Source: an uncultured Methanosarcinales archaeon
GTDB lineage: Archaea > Nanobdellota > Nanobdellia > Woesearchaeales > CAYMBN01
Direction: 5' to 3'
Assembly (NCBI GenBank): GCA_964388715.1
Contig: CAYMBN010000003.1
Span: 62,001 to 126,000 of the forward strand
Length of the DNA: 64,000 nucleotides
Shown: positions 57,607 to 64,000 of the stretch, piece by piece
Position numbering within the stretch: the first letter of the stretch is position 1
Layout of the letters: each line of letters opens with the position of its first letter
Notes under the pieces: generated by a model
Databases searched by the model: none
Told to the model about the DNA's origin: nothing
The model's input: the letters and a program-made list of their open reading frames with translations, nothing else
Translations under genes and position numbers: made by a program

Positions 57607-58293
57607 TTATTGTTTAATATAATATTTCTTACCGATCATTCTTCCTAGGTATAAGAATGGAGTGTCAATTATTGCAACAAATAGTTTCATTATGTAAGTT
57701 GTTATAAGTACTTGGAACCAAACATTCATTGGCCAAATTCCTAAGAATGCTATTGAACAGAAAAGTACTGAGTCTATTAATTGGCTTGTTAATGTTGATA
57801 AGTTGTTTCTTATCCAGAGGTGTTTTCCGTTAGTGACTTTTTTCCAGAAAAGGAATGCCCAGACATCATGGAATTGGCTGATTAAGTATGCAACTAAACT
57901 ACCAGCTACTATTCTAAACATTGGTGTGAAGAGTGCTTTTAGATGTGGTTGACTAAAGTCGCTTGGGTCTGGAGTAAATAAAAGTGAAATCTGCATCATG
58001 ATCAGAAAGAATATCATTGCGTAGAAACCTAACCAAACTCCTTTTTTTGCCTCTGCTTTGCCGTAAAGCTCTGATAAAAGGTCTGTGGCAAGGAAAATAC
58101 TGCCATAAAGGACGTTTCCAAGGGTTACAACCATACCTAAGATGTTAACTGTCTTGATAACTTGGATGTTGGCAGCGATTATGCTGATGATTATTGCTGT
58201 GTATAAACCAAGTTTACCATAAAGTCTGTATAAAATTAGGATCAGAGATAAGTCAATTATCAAGAATATGAGCCAGAGTAGGATTGTGTTCAT
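57607..58293 (-). CDS. VUT/YhhQ-family queuosine-precursor transporter
   Basis: AANIQVIK, FLATDLLSELYG, RIVAGSLVAYLISQFHD and RNN.ST..SQLIDS motifs. Confidence 0.85.
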   Translation of the reverse strand: MNTILLWLIFLIIDLSLILILYRLYGKLGLYTAIIISIIAANIQVIKTVNILGMVVTLGNVLYGSIFLATDLLSELYGKAEAKKGVWLGFYAMIFFLIMMQISLLFTPDPSDFSQPHLKALFTPMFRIVAGSLVAYLISQFHDVWAFLFWKKVTNGKHLWIRNNLSTLTSQLIDSVLFCSIAFLGIWPMNVWFQVLITTYIMKLFVAIIDTPFLYLGRMIGKKYYIKQ

Positions 58294-58523
58294 TTTTACT
58301 AATGTCTGTTGTTTTGTTTAAAATTTTTGTTGTTTTGGAAAATAGAGTTTTTAATTACATCAGCTTAGATACTAGAAATTGGTAGTTTGGTGGATTATCG
58401 TCTGAAAAAGGTGTGAGAAAACCGAAAGGTTTAAATACTAGTAACGTGATTTACTATATAAATTTATTGTTATATCAAAATGGGGGTAATAAGATAATAA
58501 CTTAAAATAAAGGTGAGACTCTC

Positions 58524-59447
58524 ATGGCTGAATATGTAAAAAAATGTCCTGAATGTGGTGGAATTAACCTATTCTGGAACAAGGAAAAAGGAGAAGTTAT
58601 TTGTAAAGATTGTGGTCTTGTTATAGAAGATAAAATGGTTGATTTTGGCCAAGAATGGCGTGAATTTGATTCTGAATCTGGTGATAAAAGAAAAAGAACA
58701 GGAGCACCTATGACTTATACTCAATATGATCAAGGTCTTGGAACAGAGGTTGGTCAGAAAGGTGATTTGTTTAAGCTTGGTGCTAAGAATAGAAACAAAT
58801 TCTTTAGATTAAGGAAGTGGCAGTATAGGATTAGTACTGCAATTGAAAGAAATCTTAAATTAGCTCTGGCTGAATTAAAAAGAGTTAGTTCATTTTTAAA
58901 ATTACCTAAATCTGTTGAAGAAGAATCTGCTAGAATCTATACATTAGCTGTACAAAGAGGACTTGTTAGAGGTCGTTCTATGGAAAGTGTTGTTGCAGGT
59001 GCATTATATGCTGCTTGTAGAAGACATGATGTTCCTAGAACATTAGATGAATTATCAGAAGCTAGTGGTATTGAAAAGAAAGAGATCGGTCGTACATACA
59101 GATTTGTTACAAGAGAGCTTGGAATTACAATATTACCTTCAAATCCTGCTGATTATATTGCAAGGTTTGCATCTGCATTAAAGCTAAGTGCTGAAACACA
59201 ATCAAAAAGTGTTGAAATTTTAGAAAAAGCGCAAAAAGCTGAGTTAACATCTGGTAGAGGTCCTACTGGAATTGCAGCTGCTGCATTATATGTTGCTGCG
59301 TTGATTAACGGGGAAAAAAGAACGCAAAGAGAGGTTGCAGACGTTGCAGGAGTAACTGAAGTTACAATCAGGAACAGGTATAAGGAATTGCTAGACAAGT
59401 TAAAGCTTGATAAAGAGATTAAGAAAAAGAAGAAAAAGAAAAGATAA
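58524..59447 (+). CDS. tfb: Transcription initiation factor IIB
   Basis: Zn ribbon CPECG...C..CG, EWR.F, RGRS and GVTEVTIRNRY motifs. Confidence 0.97.
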   Translation: MAEYVKKCPECGGINLFWNKEKGEVICKDCGLVIEDKMVDFGQEWREFDSESGDKRKRTGAPMTYTQYDQGLGTEVGQKGDLFKLGAKNRNKFFRLRKWQYRISTAIERNLKLALAELKRVSSFLKLPKSVEEESARIYTLAVQRGLVRGRSMESVVAGALYAACRRHDVPRTLDELSEASGIEKKEIGRTYRFVTRELGITILPSNPADYIARFASALKLSAETQSKSVEILEKAQKAELTSGRGPTGIAAAALYVAALINGEKRTQREVADVAGVTEVTIRNRYKELLDKLKLDKEIKKKKKKKR

Positions 59448-59497
59448 TTTTCTTATTATTTTTAAAAAAGTAGGTGATTGATAGAGAGGATATCACA

Positions 59498-59761
59498 ATG
59501 AAAAACAAACGAGCAAGTGCAGCTTTGGTAATATTGATCATTTTAATAGTTATAATTGTAATTGGATGGCTTATTAAGATTGGTAATAGACAATGTGACC
59601 ATAATAATGATTGTGGGAAAGAACATTATTGTGGTAGTGATTTTCAATGTCATGAGTTTCAGATAATTGAGAAAGATGTTGTACATTATCATTTCACAAC
59701 TCCTGCAATCATATTAGGAATATGTTTGATTATTGCTGCTTATATTTTTAAACAGAAATAA
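59498..59761 (+). CDS. Small two-TM protein with Cys-rich loop
   Basis: TM - CDHNNDCGKEHYCGSDFQCH - TM. Confidence 0.7.
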   Translation: MKNKRASAALVILIILIVIIVIGWLIKIGNRQCDHNNDCGKEHYCGSDFQCHEFQIIEKDVVHYHFTTPAIILGICLIIAAYIFKQK

Positions 59762-59832
59762 TTTTCTTTTTTTGATATATATCCGATAGTTTTAAATATT
59801 ACTATTTCTATAATCATATTAAAAGGTGTATA

Positions 59833-60351
59833 TTGGTGATACTAAAAAAGATTAGGGTTATGTTGGCTACACTTATTGTTCTATTATGTTTTACTATGAT
59901 TGCTATTGATTATCATGAAACACCTTATACTGGTTTTGCAGTTTATTCTGGTGTTGCTGTTGATGATATGGTTAATAATCTTGATGATACAAAAACTTCT
60001 TTTAATAAAAATGTTGAATATATGCCTGATTATGCTAAGACAGTGTTTGGTAATGAAAGGATTAACCTGAATATTACAAGAGAAAGTGGTGAAGTTAATA
60101 TTGTTGGAATTATTACTGAAGAAGGTGTTGTAGTTGAAATGGTTAATGGAAGTATAGAAAATGCAACATTAAATATTCAGACAGATGAAAAAACAATAAA
60201 TGAAATAGTTGAATCAGAGGATCAAATTACAACATTTAGAGAAGCTTTTGATGAGGAAGAGATTGAATTTAAGGCTACTAGATTTGGTTTGAAAGTTAAG
60301 ATGTGGTTTGCTAAACTTGTTCTGAAAATCATGGGTTGGTTTGGAAAGTAA
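59833..60351 (+). CDS. Hypothetical membrane-anchored or secreted protein
   Basis: N-terminal hydrophobic helix followed by TGFAV; start codon uncertain. Confidence 0.65.
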   Translation: MVILKKIRVMLATLIVLLCFTMIAIDYHETPYTGFAVYSGVAVDDMVNNLDDTKTSFNKNVEYMPDYAKTVFGNERINLNITRESGEVNIVGIITEEGVVVEMVNGSIENATLNIQTDEKTINEIVESEDQITTFREAFDEEEIEFKATRFGLKVKMWFAKLVLKIMGWFGK

Positions 60352-60406
60352 ATTCTTCTTGAAAAAAACAAAGATTTATAAATGAAAATAGAAAATCTAA
60401 TCTATA

Positions 60407-60488
60407 TGCGTGTTGTTGTAGCCGCGGGAACTGGTTACGCTCAGTTCACACGCAAAATAAGACTCCTAGTTGTTTCACAACCGGAGTC
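60407..60488 (+). ncRNA. Candidate structured RNA (two hairpins) upstream of tRNA-Glu
   Basis: GC-rich island; stems tgcgtgt/acacgca, gaactg/cagttc, gactcc/ggagtc, gttgt/acaac; TTTATAAA at 60375-60382. Confidence 0.5.
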
Positions 60489-60494
60489 AAATAC

Positions 60495-60601
60495 GCCCCG
60501 TTGGTGTAGCCCGGCCAATCATTTTGCCCTTTCGAGGCAAAGACTCGAGTTCAAATTCCAACAAGGTTCAATCCTACGGATTGAAAGTCTCGGACGGGGC
60601 A
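60495..60601 (+). tRNA. tRNA-Glu(TTC) with 32-nt non-canonical intron in the T-loop (59/60; 60556-60587)
   Basis: Acceptor GCCCCGT/ACGGGGC; anticodon arm TTGCC-CT-TTC-GA-GGCAA; removing the insert restores TCGAG-TTCAAAT-CTCGG. Confidence 0.88.
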
Positions 60602-60603
60602 TT

Positions 60604-61029
60604 TTATCTTCCAAGAACTTCTTCTAATTTAGTTATGACATCTTTGCCGAGTTTAAGAGAAAGGTCATCTTTACTGTCAGCCCAATAAAGACATTCACCT
60701 TCATCTGTGTGATGGATATCACCAATCCAATCTTTTATTGCGAAAGCTAGTGCTCTGCAACCATCTTTTTCATAATAAAAGTTGCCTAGGCAGAAGTAGT
60801 TTAGTAATCTTATTCCAGTGCCATCTTCTGTTTTTATCTCTTCACGCATTTCTCTTTTTATTCCTGTGTGTACTGGTTCAAAACCTTTTTTTAGATGACC
60901 ACCTGGTAAGGCAATTTGGTTTTTATAGTGTTCTTCATCATCTTTTCTTTTTTCTACGAGATATTCAAGTTTACCATCATTGAATCTATAGAAGACTCCT
61001 ACTACAATTAGCTTATCTGGCGGGTTCAT
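60604..61029 (-). CDS. Nudix hydrolase
   Basis: LPGGH......GIKREMREE Nudix box. Confidence 0.85.
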   Translation of the reverse strand: MNPPDKLIVVGVFYRFNDGKLEYLVEKRKDDEEHYKNQIALPGGHLKKGFEPVHTGIKREMREEIKTEDGTGIRLLNYFCLGNFYYEKDGCRALAFAIKDWIGDIHHTDEGECLYWADSKDDLSLKLGKDVITKLEEVLGR

Positions 61030-61106
61030 ATTTAGTGGAGGTTAGTGGTAGTTAATAAATTTAATTGTGCTAAAGTTTTATAAATAAAAGCGGATTTTTA
61101 GGTTTT

Positions 61107-61754
61107 ATGAAGACATTATTCATAGAAGGAAGGTATGAAGGAAAGATTGAGTTGCCACAGGAATTGGTTAGTCAGTTGCCGCAGAAGATTGGATTATGTA
61201 CTTCTGTGCAGTTTGTTGGTTGTATTGATGATGTTAAAAAGCAATTAAAAGGGAAAGATGTTATTTTGATTAAAGGTGAGCATTGTCAGTATGATGGACA
61301 GATACTTGGTTGTAGTATTAAGAAGTTTCAGAAAGATGTTGATGCTTTTTTATACATTGGTGATGGGATGTTTCATCCAAGAGCACTAATGTTTTACAAT
61401 GAGAAAGATGTTTTTGTTTTTAATCCTTTTAGTAAAACTTTTTCTAAATTAAATACAAAAGAGGTTGAAAAAATAAAAAAGAGGGTAAAGGTTGGCTTAG
61501 TTAAGTTCCATTCTTCAAAAGAGATTGGAATTATTGTAAGTACAAAGCCTGGGCAGAACCGAATGAAAGATGCAATGGAGTTGGAAAAGAGGTTTGGTGA
61601 TAAAAATTTTTATTTATTTGTTTGTGATACACTTGACTTTAATCAATTGGAAAACTTTCCATTTGTTGAATGTTGGGTAAACACTGCATGTCCTCGGATA
61701 GGATTAGATGATGAAGTAAGTAAAGTAATTATTAATATTAATGATATAGAATGA
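61107..61754 (+). CDS. dph2: Diphthamide synthesis Dph2-family protein, short form
   Basis: GQILGC, GDGMFH, STKPGQ and NTACPRI motifs. Confidence 0.85.
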   Translation: MKTLFIEGRYEGKIELPQELVSQLPQKIGLCTSVQFVGCIDDVKKQLKGKDVILIKGEHCQYDGQILGCSIKKFQKDVDAFLYIGDGMFHPRALMFYNEKDVFVFNPFSKTFSKLNTKEVEKIKKRVKVGLVKFHSSKEIGIIVSTKPGQNRMKDAMELEKRFGDKNFYLFVCDTLDFNQLENFPFVECWVNTACPRIGLDDEVSKVIININDIE

Positions 61755-62551
61755 TACCTCAATATTATGAACAGTATTTTAGCAGAGAAGGAATTTTAGT
61801 TCCCCTTGAAAAATTTGCTCATGGTTTTTTTTGTGATAATAAAAAAGGGGATGTTAGTGTAAAAGGTGGAAGTTATTCTGTACCAATAAAAAGAGAATCT
61901 TTAGATTGCTTATTAATGATACCAGAAAATAATTCAGAACAAATAGTGGTTATTCCAGACAAACAGAGTCGAGGATTTAATTTTAATTATCTTTTTGCAG
62001 ATTATTTAACCCAAAGACATATTCCTTGTTTATTAGTTCCAATGCCTTATTGTGGTGAAAGAAAAGAAGAACATCAAACAAAGTATTCAATTAAAGCCAT
62101 TCAAATGTTTTTAGATGAGACCAAATTAGTTATTGATAAATTGCAAAAAGATTTTCCTACACATAGAATTGATATATTGGGTGTTAGTTGGGGTGGGATA
62201 TTAGCATGTTTAGCTGCACAGAAAGATGAAAGAATAATAAAACAAGTTTATATTATGGCTGGTGCAAATAAAAACTTACTAAAAGAAACATCTCATAGAG
62301 CTAAAGAAACCCTTGTCTATATTAAGGAATATGATCCAAGTGAACAAGCAACTAGAAAAGATAGTGAAAATGTGTTCATGGTTAATGGTATATATGATAC
62401 TGTGTTAGGGTTTAACAGTGCTGAAAAACTTAATGAAGCATTAGGTAAACCAAGAATAAAATGGATTTATACTGGTCATGTTGATCCTGGAATAATATTT
62501 TTTATTTCAGGAGTGTTAAAATCATCTTATAAACATTTGAGGTTAGAATGA
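61751..62551 (+). CDS. Alpha/beta hydrolase
   Basis: GVSWGG nucleophile elbow; G.YD.V and TGH triad residues. Confidence 0.8.
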   Translation: MIPQYYEQYFSREGILVPLEKFAHGFFCDNKKGDVSVKGGSYSVPIKRESLDCLLMIPENNSEQIVVIPDKQSRGFNFNYLFADYLTQRHIPCLLVPMPYCGERKEEHQTKYSIKAIQMFLDETKLVIDKLQKDFPTHRIDILGVSWGGILACLAAQKDERIIKQVYIMAGANKNLLKETSHRAKETLVYIKEYDPSEQATRKDSENVFMVNGIYDTVLGFNSAEKLNEALGKPRIKWIYTGHVDPGIIFFISGVLKSSYKHLRLE

Positions 62552-63291
62552 GTAAGTTAATTGTTTTTTCAACCGGGAATTATCATACTGAGAATGGTTT
62601 CACAGTAGATAAAGCAGTGAAGTTATGTAGAGATCTTCCTATTGATGGGGTTGAAATTACTTATTTAGATGATATTGAAATGTTAAACGAGAGATTAAGT
62701 CCAGAGAGTGTTGAAATTTTGAGAGGTTTTTCTCATAATACAATTCATGCTCCTATTAGAAATAAAACTACTGAGCCAGGTGAAAGTCTTAGGTTTGCTT
62801 ATAAGAGAGATGATAGTTCAACAGCAAAAGTTCTTGGTAAATTGTATTATATAGCTGGCTTAATCGGTGCAAAAAATATTAATTTTCATTATTATAATGT
62901 CATTGATCCTACTGTTTTTTCTGAAGATATTTCTCTTACAATTGAAAATACAATTTTGAAAAAAGGAAGCATTGATATTTTTAAAAGAAAACTAGATGAG
63001 TTAGAAAGATTTAATTTTCTTCTTGATGTGACACATGCAAAGAATGAGGTTCAGAAATATATTGATTTGATTGGAGCAAAGAATATAAAATATGTTCATT
63101 TAAGTCATTATGATGAAAGTAAGGATAAGAAAACGCATAGGTTTATGCATACTGCTGATGACGAAACACTTAAAAAGATTAAACCTATCAAAAGTCTTGA
63201 TGCTGTTATTGTGATCGAATCACACCTTTTAACAGCAGATGTTAAGTTAATGAAAAAAGAGATTGAGTTTGTTAGAGGATGGTTAGGATGA
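62548..63291 (+). CDS. Xylose isomerase-like TIM-barrel (AP endonuclease 2 family) protein
   Basis: IHAP, NFH, IEN, DVTH, HLS...H and VIE metal-ligand pattern. Confidence 0.75.
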   Translation: MSKLIVFSTGNYHTENGFTVDKAVKLCRDLPIDGVEITYLDDIEMLNERLSPESVEILRGFSHNTIHAPIRNKTTEPGESLRFAYKRDDSSTAKVLGKLYYIAGLIGAKNINFHYYNVIDPTVFSEDISLTIENTILKKGSIDIFKRKLDELERFNFLLDVTHAKNEVQKYIDLIGAKNIKYVHLSHYDESKDKKTHRFMHTADDETLKKIKPIKSLDAVIVIESHLLTADVKLMKKEIEFVRGWLG

Positions 63292-64000
63292 AACCAAAAC
63301 TATTGTCACCTGCTGGAGATTGGGTAAGTTTAAGGGCTGCGATTAGTTCTGGAGCTGATGCTGTTTATTTTGGAGTGAAGAGTCTTAATATGCGAGCTGG
63401 TGCAAAGAATTTTGAGTTAGGTGAGTTAGGAAAAGTTGTTTCTTTGTGTCATAAGAAAAAGGTTAAAGCTTATCTTTGCATTAATACAATTGTTTATGAG
63501 AATGAGATTTCTAAATTGGTGAAGTTGTTGAAGGAAGCAAAAAGGTGTAAGGTTGATGCTGTTATTTGTTGGGATTTTGCTGTGATTGGGTTATGTGAGA
63601 AGTTAAAAATTCCTATTCATGTTTCAACGCAAGCTTCAATTAGTAGTTTTGAATCGTTGCGGGTTTTGTGTAATAAGTTTAAGATGATTGAAAGTGTTAA
63701 TTTAGCAAGAGAGTTAAGTTTAGAACAAATTAAAAAGATTGTTAAGAAGAGTAAGGTTAAGATTGAAACTTTTGTTCATGGTGCAATGTGTGTTTCTGTT
63801 TCAGGAAGATGTTTTTTAAGTCAAGAAGTTTTTGGAAAATCTGCAAATCGAGGAGAATGTTTACAGCCGTGTCGTAGAAAGTATATTGTTAAAGATATTG
63901 AAGAAAAACATGAGTTTTTATTAGGGAAAGATTATGTTTTGAGTCCCAAGGATTTGTGTGCATTGCCTGTTCTTGATAAATTAGTTGAGAGTGGTGTGAA
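63288..64000 (+). CDS. Peptidase U32 family protein (3'-truncated by window)
   Basis: MKPKLLSPAG...GADAVYFG, HVSTQAS, HGAMCVSVSGRC and NRGECLQPCR motifs. Confidence 0.92.
   Translation, partial: MKPKLLSPAGDWVSLRAAISSGADAVYFGVKSLNMRAGAKNFELGELGKVVSLCHKKKVKAYLCINTIVYENEISKLVKLLKEAKRCKVDAVICWDFAVIGLCEKLKIPIHVSTQASISSFESLRVLCNKFKMIESVNLARELSLEQIKKIVKKSKVKIETFVHGAMCVSVSGRCFLSQEVFGKSANRGECLQPCRRKYIVKDIEEKHEFLLGKDYVLSPKDLCALPVLDKLVESGV

Noticed and set aside
60407..60488. Twister ribozyme or preQ1/ZTP riboswitch identity for the structured leader
   Set aside because: Only partial word matches (GTTAC loop, A-rich tail); conserved core residues not found, and it precedes a tRNA rather than an ORF
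60382..60688. ORFs 60382-60627 and 60470-60688
   Set aside because: They overlap the tRNA-Glu gene and structured leader and have no protein-like features
1..64000. CRISPR array or cas genes
   Set aside because: No regularly spaced 25-45 bp repeats with unique spacers and no Cas motifs seen

Overview
AT-rich archaeal chromosome segment. TFB, aIF2-alpha, L44e/S27e/L37e/S8e, Nop10, GINS, class I LysRS and Dph2 establish an archaeon. The mix with bacterial-type dnaK/dnaJ/grpE and gpmI, many class III pilin-like genes and an S-layer gene suggests a DPANN (Woesearchaeota-like) genome (inference). Contents, in order: surface protein and pilin/adhesin cluster (1-10 kb); NAD salvage genes; a large Cys-rich secreted protein; an hsp20-grpE-dnaK-dnaJ run interleaved with Nudix/HD/HAD/PEP-mobile-domain genes; RimK pair; gpmI and eno; two MNT-HEPN loci; the GINS-L44e-S27e-aIF2a-Nop10 cluster with an inserted RlmN-like gene; a near-perfect tandem duplication of the S-layer gene; and two intron-containing tRNAs, one with a T-loop intron. 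Most notable: (i) a 1071-aa family B DNA polymerase derivative with a recognisable exonuclease-domain scaffold but eroded polymerase motifs and no thumb; (ii) a family of modular GAAA...TTTC hairpin repeats in promoters, at gene ends and in-frame in a pilin leader, with similar triloop hairpins in tRNA introns and beside a duplicated tRNA 3' end; (iii) a structured RNA candidate upstream of tRNA-Glu. All calls come from reading motifs by eye; no searches were run.
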